DNA from: Octopus bimaculoides
Lineage: Eukaryota
Length of the DNA stretch: 64,000 bases
Reading direction: 5' to 3'
Assembly: GCF_001194135.2 (NCBI RefSeq)
Contig: NC_068991.1
Span: forward strand, 75,281,683 to 75,345,682
Below are positions 1-13,089 of this stretch, one piece after another. The position numbers and the translations under genes were made by a program. Within the stretch, counting starts at the first letter, position 1. The number at the start of each line of letters is the position of its first letter. The notes under the pieces are model-generated. The model saw nothing but the letters and a program-made list of their open reading frames with translations, made no database searches and was not told the origin of the DNA.

Positions 1-457
1 TTTAGACTGTTTAGTTTAGGGTATAAAATGAAGGGGTTATTCAAAGGCCCTCGTGTTTTTGTCTTTTTATTTCATATTTATTTAACTGAAACAGCCAAAT
101 CATTAGTTTCACAAAGGAGAGGTGAAGTTAGATTTACTTTGCTGTTTTGTTTTTCATAAGCAAACAAAATACATTTAGCTTTGTTTTTTCTTTTTATTCT
201 TATTATTATTTAGAAATATGCAATATAGCATTTTGGTAATACCTTGTTTAGTTCTTGGTCTTTGTTGTTTCAAACTGTATGGCATCCCCAAAGACAGAAA
301 TTCCACAGTTACCTTATTATCCCAGCTGTTAATATCTAATCTTCGTATAACTGCATTCTGTCATGTTTGTTAGACTTGGTGTTAAGGGAATTTGTATCTG
401 CGTGTAAATAAATATGTATTGAACTGTGAGCAGAACAAGCTCTACTCAGACCAATAG

Positions 458-496
<39 letters not shown>

Positions 497-811
497 CCCA
501 CCCACTCTCTCTTGCTCTCTCTTCCTCTCTTTCTCCCAGTTTCTACTTTATGGTTTGGCATGGCTCTCTGGTCCAGCTTTGGCTGTCAGTAATAAACTTG
601 GATGATTATGCTTAAAGAGCAGGCGTGGTGTTGTGATTAAGAAGTTCGCTTGTCAACCATGTGGCTCTGGGTTCAAATCCCACTGTCCTGCTTCTTGGGC
701 AAGTGTTTCTTACTGTAAACCCAGATCAATGCAATATCAATCGAGGGAATTGAACAGATAGAAATTGATAAACCTGTTATATCATATATATGCTCCATGT
801 GAAGTAAATTT

Positions 812-1066
812 GGCTCCTGTGCAGGTGGCACGTAAAATACACCATTTCAAGCGTGGCTCTCGCCAGTTCCGCCTGACTGGCCTTCGTGCCAGTGGCACTT
901 AAAATCACCCACTACACTCTCGGAGTGGTTGGTGTTAGGAAGAGCATCCAGTTGTAGAAACTCTGCCAGATCAGATTGGAGTCTAGTGCAGCCTTCTGGT
1001 TTCACCAGTCCTCAGTCAAATCGTCCAACCCATGCTAGCATGGAAAGTGGACTTTAAACGATGATG

Positions 1067-1067
<1 letters not shown>
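812..1067 (+). mobile_element. RTE 3'-UTR-derived repeat. Related copies on the minus strand: about 7950-8226, 36188-36526, 39385-39795, 43245-43424, 49305-49660, 54145-54790
   Basis: Shared cccactacactctcggagtggttgg...gtccaacccatgctagcatggaaag...(GAT)n, the same as the UTR after the RTE ORF end at about 11150-11412. Confidence 0.8.
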
Positions 1068-1124
<57 letters not shown>

Positions 1125-1989
1125 GCTGGATTCCATGCAATTACTGGATCTTGTGAAAAAAAATATTGTTGAAAGAATATCTGATAGTGTCTTCAATTTC
1201 ACTGGTAGATCATGCAGCTGATACATACACACATACATACTTACATACACACATACATACATCCGTACACATACACACACACAAACATACATGCATACCT
1301 ACATATATACAGGCATGCATACATACATAGATGCGTATGTGTGTGTGTATGTGTGTTCTCTTACTTCGAATCTAAAGTTGCTGCAAAATTATGCAAGTAG
1401 ATGCCTTGCAAATTCTGAAGAATTGAAGAAAAGAAAACATTTGCTTACTTCTCATGTCACTGATTTTGTGGAACTTTTATTTTTTCTTCCATTTTTTTTT
1501 TTAGCATTATTATTATTTCTTACAGCCAATGAAACATTTCCAATGAAAAACTCTCTCGTTATCTTGTAATAATATATTACCTTTTGTTAGTTTCTTTTTT
1601 TTTTTTCTTTTCTTTTTAATGTTATCATAGAAATGGCATTCTTCTTGCTGAAAGTTTTCTATGTTTAAGCTCTGAAAGTCAGCTGTAACATTGTCATTTG
1701 AAACAAACAAACAAGAAAACAAATGACAGAAATAAACGAATGCATTGTGTTGGGCCATATTGCAAAAGACATGTCACAATGAAATAGCTGTAGATCACCT
1801 TTTTGGGGGTTTTGTTTATTTATTTATTTTTTTTGTTTGAAAGTTTTTTTAACACTTGTTTTCCTTTGAGTCAATTTAGGTTTGTATTTATTAGCAATAA
1901 TTGTGATCTTCAAAACAAATAAAAAAAAATAGGTTTGGCAAATTGGTAGCACGCAGTTTATAATGAAGACAAATGCATACTACTTATAA

Positions 1990-2412
1990 CTTCATTTTTC
2001 ATCGTCGTCGTCATCGTCACTACCAGCAACCACCACCACCATCATCATCATCATCACTACCAACCACCACCACTACCACCATCATCATCGTTGTCATCAT
2101 CGTTGTCATCATCATCACTATCAACCACCACCACCATCTTCGTCTTCGTCATCACTACCACCAACCACCACTACCACCATCATCATTATCATCATCACCA
2201 TTAACCATCATCTTCACCACCATCACCACCTCCACCATCATCATCATTGTCCTCATCATCATTGTCCTCATCATCATTTCCACCAACCACCACCATCATC
2301 ATTATCATCATCAGCACCACCACTATCATCACCATCACTGCCACCAACCACCACCACCAACAACATTGTTGTCGTCATCGCCGTCATCATCATCATCATC
2401 ATGTCCATGTTG
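1990..2412. repeat. Compound (CAT/CAC)n trinucleotide low-complexity tract
   Basis: Directly visible; it produces the spurious poly-H/I/T/S ORFs. Confidence 0.95.
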
Positions 2413-3452
2413 ATGTGAGTTACATGGGTTTTCTGAGGCAGTATTTTATAGTCGGATGCTCTTCCTGTTGCTAACTCTTCTGCTGAGTGAAAAGGCATCA
2501 AGCCCATAAAAATGCCTCAGAAAACTTGTCCAAATCTGTCTTTTGAAGATAAAAATAATAGATTCATTAATTAAGCAATGCCTGTAGAATGAATGCAATG
2601 AGAGTAATTATAATTAGCATTTATTTCCTACCGTTTATAGTTTTCAATCATTAGTCTGTGGCCATGCTAGAGCAGCACTTTGAAGAGTTTTAGTCAAACA
2701 GGTCGACCTCAGTTGTTTTTCTTCCTCTCTCTCTTTATTCCTCTCTCTCTTTCTTCCTCTCTTTCATCCTCTCTCTCACTACTTCTATTGTATATAAACT
2801 CCTCCTCCTACTGCAGGCCTTACACCAACCACATTAGTGGCCATCCCCTCTAGAATGTTGTCCCTTTGGAATTACTTTTCCTCCTTCAAATAACGTCATG
2901 GTTTATCTTTAAACTGAACATCAATTAGGCCTGGACCACCTTTCCCAGTGGCTCCATCCCTCCATCCAAACTAAACTCCTGAAAAAAGATCTGCTGGAAA
3001 CGTAGGAGTGTCAGCATTACTGAGTGCTTTGCTTATTGCTGTGATAATTAGAACCAAATTTGCTTTGCTTCCCATGTTTGTTGTTTCAAGATTATTAGCA
3101 TAAAACCAACGATTTATCAATGAAATTATTCTTCTCTTCTCTTCTCCTGCACACAGTTGTGGTGTTGTTCACAATTTAATTTCGCTTCCTATAAAACTGT
3201 GAAATTCTGGTAGAGGAGGAGAAGTGTTTTGTACCTCTTATCATCCTCACCATCACCACCATCACCATCACCATCACCATCACCATCACCATCATCATCA
3301 TCATCATCATCGTCATTTAGTTGTCTTATTTTTATTACATGCTTTCACTGCACTACTGAGCACAGCTCTGTGTGCCTTGAGTATGTGATGTATTTTGTTT
3401 TGTATGTGATGTGTTTAGTTTTGTAACTTATACTGTATTGAAACTACCCTAC

Positions 3453-3518
<66 letters not shown>

Positions 3519-3949
3519 GCAACAACAACAATAATAGTCATAATAACATTTTCCTTTGATCTCTAATATCTTGTGATGGAATCTTCAAAATCATTGTTGC
3601 TGGAAGCTGTGTCTATTAATTATGACTGTTCAGTGTCTATAAACACCCAAGTCATCAATACTCTTCATTTCCATACCAAACGTATCCAAGTTAAATTTCA
3701 TGCAGAAAGTTTTTGGTAAAAAAATTACAAAGCTTATTTTGACGTATCACGACAGAGGAATTTCCATGACAACCAACTTATTTTTTCCAGTCCATCTTCA
3801 GTTTCATCGTTCTGTTTCAGGCTTGGAAAGCATGAACTTTGCATTAATGGTATGCAATCTGTTTACTTGTATAAAACAAGTTTCATTGAAAATTACTATT
3901 TGTAAATCTCACAACGAGAGATATTCAGAAAAACAGTACTTTGGAGTCG

Positions 3950-4212
3950 AGATTATTTGCCAACATAACATGGCAGTCCTGGTTTAGGACTAATGGTGCT
4001 GTAATTTAGTCCCAGGAGACATCGTATCCAGCTGGCTATACAACATGATCTGTGTCCTTATATTTTCGAACAAGGGTGTTAGATTCCCTTGTTTGAAAAT
4101 ATAAGGACACAGATCGTGTTGTATAGCCAGCTGGAGACCATGTCTCCTGGGACTAAATTACAGCAGCATTTGTCCTAAACCAGGACTGCCATGTTATGTT
4201 GGCAAATAATCT
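3950..4212. repeat. Long near-perfect palindrome (foldback/MITE), arms about 127 nt with a 9-nt loop
   Basis: agattatttgccaacataacatggcagtcctgg...aacaaggg[tgttagatt]cccttgtt...ccaggactgccatgttatgttggcaaataatct. Confidence 0.9.
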
Positions 4213-4881
4213 TTACAGCAATATTTCTGTTCTTAATTCAAATATCTAATTGCTGTCTTTACCATTCTCAACCTTGCATGGTTCTCCAGGTAGTTGAAAT
4301 ATTCCAGCAACATTGAATATCAATGACAATGAATGTTTGTGGGAGAGAGAAAGTGTGATTTCCTGATATTTTTCAATATTTTAGCATACAAATCAATGAG
4401 TGTAGTAAATGCATACTAAGTACACTCATGTATTTTCCTTCATACATGTATACATATATACATCCACATCTGTATTTTAAAAAAGAACCTTTTTACTCCC
4501 CACTTTTTTTGTATTACATTATCAAAATATGTTGGCAAAGGATATATTTTGTAATATGTTAATCTTTTCAAAGAATAGCTGGTTATTGCAGAGAAGAGAG
4601 AAACATCAAACACAGGGAGAAAGTAAAAAAAAATGGGGTTTAAAACTTACCCTGTGTTTCAAACTGCATTTTGTATACGTTTGCTGTGCTGTAGTTTGTT
4701 TGCACATTTGAAATTTCAAGCGTATATAAGTTATGTTTTTAACCTTCTACGTTAACCAATAAAATGTTCTTGTTGAAGTTTATCTCTAGGTCTTCCTTGA
4801 ATAAGCAGACCCTTGTCACCAAAAATGTTCCACCCATTGCTATCCTCTATAATCATAATAATAATAATTATTATTAATAAT

Positions 4882-5020
4882 AACATCGAAAAATACCTTA
4901 GGAATGAGAACCCAGGTTTGAAATTTCCCCAAGAAACCTGATGAAGGCTGGAGGGTATATCAGCCGAAACGTTGTGTTAACAACAAACAAGATGAGGGCA
5001 AATATCCGTCAATAATGTAG
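4882..5020 (+). mobile_element. Short copy of the Penelope terminal repeat
   Basis: aacatcgaaaaataccttaggaatgagaacccagg...gatgagggcaaatatccgtc is near-identical to the reverse complement of 32556-32695; preceded by (AAT)n. Confidence 0.85.
4933..4978 (+). ncRNA. Minimal hammerhead ribozyme motif, near-intact copy
   Basis: GAAAC-CTGATGA-A-GGCTG(GAGGGTATAT)CAGCC-GAAACGTT-GTGTT. Core and stem II are intact; stem I has one mismatch. Confidence 0.6.
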
Positions 5021-5645
5021 ATTACCTGATATTTTATTTTCTTTTGATTTAGTAGGGTGTGATTTGAGGAGGATTTGACTAGTATTTCTAGCAAACTGAG
5101 CATCCACATAATGGTCACCCTCATTGTCCCATGGCATAATGAACGAGTTAACGACATTCATTACTATGTGGTACTAATTTATTTAGTTTATTTTGTTTTA
5201 TCTGTTTTTTATCTGAATCTGGTTTTTTCCCCCTTTATGTTTTTTTTGCACAAAATATATTTCATTTTCCTGTGTATTTTCCTTTGTTTGATAACAATAT
5301 CAAATCACTGTTAAATGATACAGTTCCATGAATGTTCTACAAGTGTGACGGACAGTTTGTCATGCACTTTCATTTTAACATACATTTTTTTTTTGTTGTT
5401 GTTGCTTTTAACTTCCAGTGAATTGTTTAGACTGACAAATGATCCTATTTTTGGTCATGCCAATCAATTTACAGTCTCATACATCTATTTAATGATTCTT
5501 ACATCATTAATTTCAGTATCGGGGAAAGTAATTTAATAAATACAACACTTTGCTGAGAAGGCCATTCTAAGTTTGAAATATGTCCAACATTGTTTCCCAT
5601 TCTAATTGGGAAAATTTAAATAATTTTTGCAGCATACCTATTAGT

Positions 5646-5869
5646 ACATTATTTACAATTGATGGATATTTGTCCTCATCTTGTTTGGTGTTAACACAAC
5701 ATTTCGGCTGATATACTCTCCAGCCTTCATCGGGTGTCTTGGGGAAACTCCGAACTTGCGTTCTCATCCCTAAGGTATTTTTCATATTGTTGTTGTTGTT
5801 ATTATTATTATTATTATTATTATTCAGGTCACGAGTTTGATTCCAGGCAGTGACCTGAATAATAACAAC

Positions 5870-5908
<39 letters not shown>

Positions 5909-6087
5909 GTCGAAAAATACCTTAGGGATGAGAACCCAGGTTTGAAATTTCCCCAAGACACCTGATGAAGGCTGGAGGGTATCTCAGCCGAAACGTGTTA
6001 ACAACAAACAAGATGAGGACAAATATCTGTCAAATGTAAATAATGTACATAATGTACATAATTCCTCATCTTTTGAATATAGAATTG
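5646..6087. mobile_element. Inverted pair of Penelope terminal repeats (minus copy about 5646-5835, plus copy about 5850-6087)
   Basis: Two copies of the same repeat in opposite orientation, joined through ttattcaggtcac-gagtttgattccaggca-gtgacctgaataa. Confidence 0.85.
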
Positions 6088-7141
6088 TATGTCCAGCGTT
6101 GTCTCCTATACTAATAGGAAAAATTTAGATAATTTTTGCAGCATACCTATTAGTGTTGTGTCAGATGCAGCGAGACTGATGCCAAGATGTATTGGCCAGG
6201 TTCTTGCTTGGACATTATCAATGGTGTGGAAAAAAGAGACTTGCATGTATGACCAATTGAAAATCTTCCTTATAACAGGTCTGAACATTTAAGGGTAACT
6301 TTCTTTCCTTGTGCAGAAACCAGTAGTCTGCCATGACAAAAGGAGGTGGAGAGTCTATAGTCCATTTTTTCCAACACGACATATTTATTGTTGTCCTTTT
6401 TGATTTTCCCTGTATTTGAGTGTCTTCAACGAATTTCTCATATTTTAGAAATACCTACTGCAGCTGGTCGTCTACTCTAAATTGACTTTATAACACATTT
6501 TCTACCTTGTTATATTTATTATTTTGCTTTCATTACAGTACTTTGTCTTACAATACCAGTACAAGGATTTATATTTTCGATATGTTTGTGTGTGTGTATA
6601 TATATATATACATGCATACACACACATATACATATACTTCCAAGTTCTTTTACAGGGCTTAGAAAAACTAGAGGACTGTTGCAATAAGCATGTGAATTTG
6701 AGAGGGGATTATGTTGAATAAAATCCCCAAAGCCAGGGAACAAACAAACAAACAAATAAACAGGCTTCTTTCAGTTTCTGTCTACTAAATCTACTCCAAG
6801 GCTTTGGTTTGCCTGGGGTTGTATGATATGACTGTTGTCTGAAGTACCATGCAGTGGGTTTGAACCCCCAAGACCATGTGTTTCGGAAGCAGACTTCTTT
6901 CCACTCAACCATGCTTGCACCATTAAACACTAAAGAGCCACGAACAAAAGTATTAACAATTAGTAAAACAGTTTTCCATTTGTGATTCCACTTCTTTGCG
7001 TATCGTATCTTCCCATCATCTCCCATCTTACCGTTCTGTCATGTGAAGTTGGAATATATCAATCACCAGTTTTTGAAAGCAACTTGATATCATGAAGATT
7101 CCTCTTATATCCCTACATCATTCTGCTTTTCCTTTCTCTCA

Positions 7142-7186
<45 letters not shown>

Positions 7187-7406
7187 CAAAAGATTTAATT
7201 TCAATAAATTATTTGACTTTTAACGATTACTTTATGGGGCCGGTGGTGAATACAAATATCTGTAAAAACATTGCGTGTTACAAATAATTACAAATGTGTT
7301 TATCTGAATGTATATTGTATGAAGCCTATTTTCATTCTGGAGAGGTTTTTAATATGACATTTTAATAATAAATTCTTTTAAGTTTCAATATTAATACATA
7401 CATACC

Positions 7407-7448
<42 letters not shown>

Positions 7449-8627
7449 GAGCAAAATTGAAAAAGAAAGTTTAATACAGCCTTTATTAAGCCAGGCATTT
7501 TTTTTGTTGTGTTGTTTCTTTTGTTTGTTTGTCTTTTGTCTTTTGCATTTTTGATATTTAAATGATGTAAGAAAATGTCTAATGTGTATATTTCCTCTTC
7601 TAAATAGTCGCATTTATTTTAATTTGTTCTGCTAATGTTTAATTGTGAAAATTTAACTGATGTATCACTTCATTAGCAGCATGGCTGCCACATGAATACT
7701 CTCATTTGAATATTTACATATGTATGTGTGTATTGTGTGTGTGTGTGCATTTGTGCCTGTGTGTGTGGCCCTTATTAGTAATTGTTATGAATCAGTTATG
7801 CCTTTGTTTGATAACGTTTCCTCCCCCCCCCCACTTCCTTGTGATTTGTTACTGGTTTATGATAAATGACACACAACTTTCCGCTTGATAAGTTTTCAGT
7901 CTGTGTTTGTGTATTATGTATGTGTGTGTATGTGAATATATATATATCATTGTCATCATCGTCATCGTTTAATGCCTGTTTTCTATGTCGGCATGGGTTG
8001 GACAGTTTGACAGAGGGCTGGTGAGCCAGAAGGCTGCACCAGGCTCGAATCCAATCTGGCAAGGTTTCTACAGCTGGATGCCCTTCCTAATGCCAACCAC
8101 TCCTAGAGTGTAGTGAATGTTTTTACGTGCCATCAGCATGAGGGCCAGTCAGGTGGTACTGGCATCGGCCACGTTCGAATGGTGCTTTTTACGTGCTTCC
8201 AGCATGGGTGCCAATCAGGCGGCACTGTCATATATATATATAGCACCTAATTCTGTGAATATATTAGACATGACACAAAACAAACAGGCATCAAATTATT
8301 TTGCACTTCTAGGACAAAGATATATTTGTAGTTCTGTTGACAAATAAAAAACAAATATTACAAAGAATTTGATCAAATATTCTAACAAATTCCAACAACT
8401 CTATAGATTTGTCCAGGTTTTTTTTTTTTGTTGCCCCTCCCCAATCCCCAAATGAACAAGAAGCAAAGTTGACCTCTGTGGGGTTTGATTTCAGAATGCG
8501 AAGAGTCACAGCAACAAATACTGAGGAATTGTATCCAATGCTGTTTGCCTTTTTTTACCATATTCTAACTGAGACATAATGCCTTTGTTTGAATTAAATT
8601 AATTTTAAAAATAATGAAGAATCTCAT

Positions 8628-8758
8628 AAAATAACTTCGTTTTAAGTTGGTGTTTTGGAGAGCCTAAATTCGATGGAAGGTTTTATTTTCAAACACTTCC
8701 ATCAAAGTTTCATGTTAATTTCTGTTCTTCAAAACACCAACTTAAGACAAAGTTATTT
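8628..8758. repeat. Inverted-repeat element fragment
   Basis: aaataacttcgttttaagttggtgttttg ... caaaacaccaacttaagacaaagttattt. Confidence 0.6.
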
Positions 8759-9551
8759 CATTAAATTTAATTTCAAACACTTTAAAAAACCTAAGTTTGT
8801 ACCATCGACCCAAAGGGTGGTCTCACGTAAGCTGCTTTCAAAAGGATTAGATTATATAACTCTGTGTATGTGTTTGTATGTGTAGATGTTAACTCTTTTG
8901 TTACTGTATTTATTTTGACATGTTGTATATTTCTTTCAATTAATTTTAAATATAACAAAGAATTTAGTAAAGTAACTTAGTTATCATTCTGCTAGTGTTA
9001 GGAACATAAATTGTGACTAAGGTTTGGTGGAAGATTTTAATTCAAAACTTATGAAAATAAGACATTTGTACTACAGAGCCAGAGGCGGTTTCAGCTGGGT
9101 TGGTATCGAAAGGGTTGTATACTTACATTCAAAGCAAGTGTATGCATGTATAAAGTGCTATATGGTTGCAAAACTTGGGCTGTGAATGCAAAGGACATGT
9201 GAAGAGTAGAAAAAAATGAAACAATCATGAAGCGTTCGCCTACATTCAATGCAAGTGTATATATGTATGCTACAAATTATTAAAGCTTCTCTGAAGAGGT
9301 GAATAATTTAATCCATTATATTACTGGTATATTATCTTTTTTTTATTCTTTTTCATAATCCATAACCAAGCAAGATATGAACCCAGATTCATGTTATACA
9401 AATCAGACACCTTTAGGATTTGTGCACACTGTCATTTTATTGCCCCCCCCCTGTCTTTTTCTTTCCCCCACTTTTTCCCTGCTCTCTCTTTCTCTTCTCT
9501 TTTTCCTCTCTGTCTTTCTTTATTTTGTAAATGTTATTTTACATTCACTGT

Positions 9552-9591
<40 letters not shown>

Positions 9592-9826
9592 AAGGAAACA
9601 TATCAGTAAAATTACAGTGTTAACAAACTAGATGTCCTACAGGTATCCAATTTCTGCATCAATTCTAACTTCCTCTCCTTCCTACACACATACACACATG
9701 CGCACATGTGTGTGTATATACATATATATACAGACACATACATACACATCTATAACACAACCATTATATGTGTGTATGTATAGACACACACACACACATA
9801 TACACATCTCTCTCTCTCTCTTGCTG

Positions 9827-9908
<82 letters not shown>

Positions 9909-10774
9909 TAGATAAAAGAATATATATATATATAAATATTGACGGAAATGGAGAAATGCAATTGTCATATATGCATATATATATATATATACACACACAC
10001 ACATATATATATACACACACACACATATACATACATACATACATACATACATTCATACATACATATATATATGTACATGGGTATGCATGTCTGTTGCATA
10101 TATTGTATTTATATATATGTGTATATATATTTATGCGTTGGGTGGCGTGGGGGCCTACTTTAATGGCATTCTAAATTCTATTTACCCTGTTGTGTGTGTT
10201 GTAGTCTATGTTGCAATAAAATGGAAATGCTGATATATTGGTTTGTCTTTGAACAGGCCTTTTGATGTTGACCTTAAAATATTGATCCTGTCGTATTTGT
10301 TTGCCCATTTGCTAATATTCTTAGAAATTTTCGCTGCAAACACCTTCACCTACATGTATGCACGTGTGCTTATGTGCATGTGTATGCATGTGTGCATTTG
10401 TGTGTGTGTATGCATGTGTGTGTTTGTGTGTGTGTGGTGTTCATAGGAAAATAGTTTTGGTTATTTTTCTAGGAAGTTGTAGGAAGCTATTCTTGGATAT
10501 TTTTCTAATGGAAACAGTTACATAATATGTTGCATGTTGTAATCGAGTTCCTGCCATCCAAAATCCTACCGCTAATTGCTGTGGTAATTGATGTCTCATT
10601 CACTTTATATACATTTCTTGTGGTGTGTATACAGGGTAGCTGAATGGTTATGGAGTTTGTTTCAAAATCACGAAGTCCTGGTTCCACTGCCACTGTGTAG
10701 CATTTTAGAAATGTCTAATCAAGCCTTGTCGGTAATATTAGGTTGATAGAAACTTTGTGGATGCCAACCAACTG

Positions 10775-11412
10775 GATTGCATCAGTTATGCGGTAGCAGT
10801 AGAGGGAACCTGTGGAAAAGGTAGACCCAGGAAGACCTGAGATGAGGTGTTGAAGCACGACCTTTGAATGTTGAGCCTCATCAAGGCAATGACAAGTGAC
10901 CGAGACCTTTGGAGATATGCTGTGCTTGAGATGATCCAGCAAACCAAGTGGGACCATAACTGTGGCCTAAACCAGTGCAGCATAACTGACCCATTTAAGA
11001 GCACCCTTCAATCATTGGGCAATAAACTGTGCTTGCAAAGACCCTTTGAGGCAAGCGACGTCATTGTCATGGCCGAGGCTAGTACCACCTGATTGGCACA
11101 TAAAAAGCACCATTAGAGCATGGTCAATGCTAGTGCTGGCTGACTCATCCCATGACGGTGGCATGTAAAAAGCACCATTCAAGTGTGGTTGATTTCAGTG
11201 CCGCTTGACTGCCCCTCATGCCAGTGGCACATAAAAAGCATCCCTTACATTCTAGGAGTGGTTGGCATTAGGAAGGGCATCCAAGTGTAGAATCTTTGCC
11301 AGATCGGATTGGAGCCTCGTGCAGCCTTCTGGCTCACCAGCCCTCAGTCAAACTGTCCAACCCATGCCAGCATGGAAAACGGATTTTAAACAATGACGGT
11401 GATGATGATGAT
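10775..11412 (+). mobile_element. RTE LINE 3' end: ORF C-terminus, 3' UTR and (GAT)n tail
   Basis: VEGTCGKGRPRKT*DEVLKHDL*MLSLIKAMTSDRDLWRYAVLE (RTE GRP..W motif), then a UTR ending catggaaaacggattttaaacaatgacggtgatgatgatg. Confidence 0.8.
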
Positions 11413-12263
11413 TCAAAATGTCTGACTTTATCTCGCACAGTTCCATACTTGCACCTGTTCTGCTTTATGCTATGAGACTTATGGTAGGTGTACAGAACCT
11501 TACAGCTAATTCAGCCAATGCATTTTTACTGACAACACACCACCGAGGTCAACATTACCTTTCGTTCCTCTCAGTATAATAAAATAGACTAATTGTGAAG
11601 TACCCAGGGTAGTGAGTCACTTCATCTCACATTGCTCTACGATCACCTTGACACCTGAGACATGGTACACCTTGGTACACCTGTTGAGGCAATGTTGATT
11701 TGATGAAGGGAATGAGCTATTGTATGACACACAGACATTTGTTCACTCTGAACAAATCCTTTGTGCAAGCCCTGTGCCAAACACTGAACATACATATGTT
11801 GTCTTTGACTGGAGATTTCATCACAGAATCTTCAGCATACCTGGTAAAATGGTTAGTGGCATTTTGTCTGTCTTTACATCCTGAGATTAAATTCAACTGA
11901 GGTCAACTTTGCCTTTCATTCTTTTGGGGTTGATAAATTGATTAAATGCCAGGGAAACACTGGGGTCACTGTAATTTACAAGTCCCCCTCCCCACATATT
12001 TCAGGCCTTGTGCCTTTAGTAGAAAGAATTACCATTATCATTATTATTATTATCATCATCATCGTCGTCACCATGATTCCTTCTTTTTTTTTTTGCAGTG
12101 GAGTTCTTTGTATATTAAAATGGTTCTGAAGAAACTTGTGTTTTGTTAGATTCAGTAGTTTTCAGATTTTTAAATAGCAAAAGATAAAAGTTTCCATTAC
12201 AGAGTTCTAAAAGTTGAACATGTTCATCATTGACCTCCTAAGCTGTGCAACATGTTCATATAT

Positions 12264-13042
12264 NNNNNNNNNNNNNNNNNNNNNNNNNNNNNNNNNNNNN
12301 NNNNNNNNNNNNNNNNNNNNNNNNNNNNNNNNNNNNNNNNNNNNNNNNNNNNNNNNNNNNNNNNNNNNNNNNNNNNNNNNNNNNNNNNNNNNNNNNNNNN
12401 NNNNNNNNNNNNNNNNNNNNNNNNNNNNNNNNNNNNNNNNNNNNNNNNNNNNNNNNNNNNNNNNNNNNNNNNNNNNNNNNNNNNNNNNNNNNNNNNNNNN
12501 NNNNNNNNNNNNNNNNNNNNNNNNNNNNNNNNNNNNNNNNNNNNNNNNNNNNNNNNNNNNNNNNNNNNNNNNNNNNNNNNNNNNNNNNNNNNNNNNNNNN
12601 NNNNNNNNNNNNNNNNNNNNNNNNNNNNNNNNNNNNNNNNNNNNNNNNNNNNNNNNNNNNNNNNNNNNNNNNNNNNNNNNNNNNNNNNNNNNNNNNNNNN
12701 NNNNNNNNNNNNNNNNNNNNNNNNNNNNNNNNNNNNNNNNNNNNNNNNNNNNNNNNNNNNNNNNNNNNNNNNNNNNNNNNNNNNNNNNNNNNNNNNNNNN
12801 NNNNNNNNNNNNNNNNNNNNNNNNNNNNNNNNNNNNNNNNNNNNNNNNNNNNNNNNNNNNNNNNNNNNNNNNNNNNNNNNNNNNNNNNNNNNNNNNNNNN
12901 NNNNNNNNNNNNNNNNNNNNNNNNNNNNNNNNNNNNNNNNNNNNNNNNNNNNNNNNNNNNNNNNNNNNNNNNNNNNNNNNNNNNNNNNNNNNNNNNNNNN
13001 NNNNNNNNNNNNNNNNNNNNNNNNNNNNNNNNNNNNNNNNNN
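12264..13042. other. Assembly gap. Others: 24989-25483, 38788-39384, 42277-42286, 42974-43144, 50978-50998, 54462-54722, 58729-58940, 61550-61636
   Basis: Runs of N; nearly all abut (TA)n tracts. Confidence 1.

Positions 13043-13089
<47 letters not shown>

Noticed and set aside
1973-2413. 146-aa ORF and similar long track ORFs (9632..10174, 13418..14011, 28670..29131, 41543..41999, 50296..50631)
   Set aside because: They are translations of (CAT)n, (TA)n, (CA)n or (CTTT)n microsatellites, which lack stop codons in some frames; no domain content.
10510-10645. Frame LHVVIEFLPSKILPLIAVVIDVS resembling MON2 [24 protein letters not shown]
   Set aside because: Identity is far below that of the two real exons in what should be a conserved region; no convincing splice sites; upstream in-frame stop nearby. 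Likely chance.
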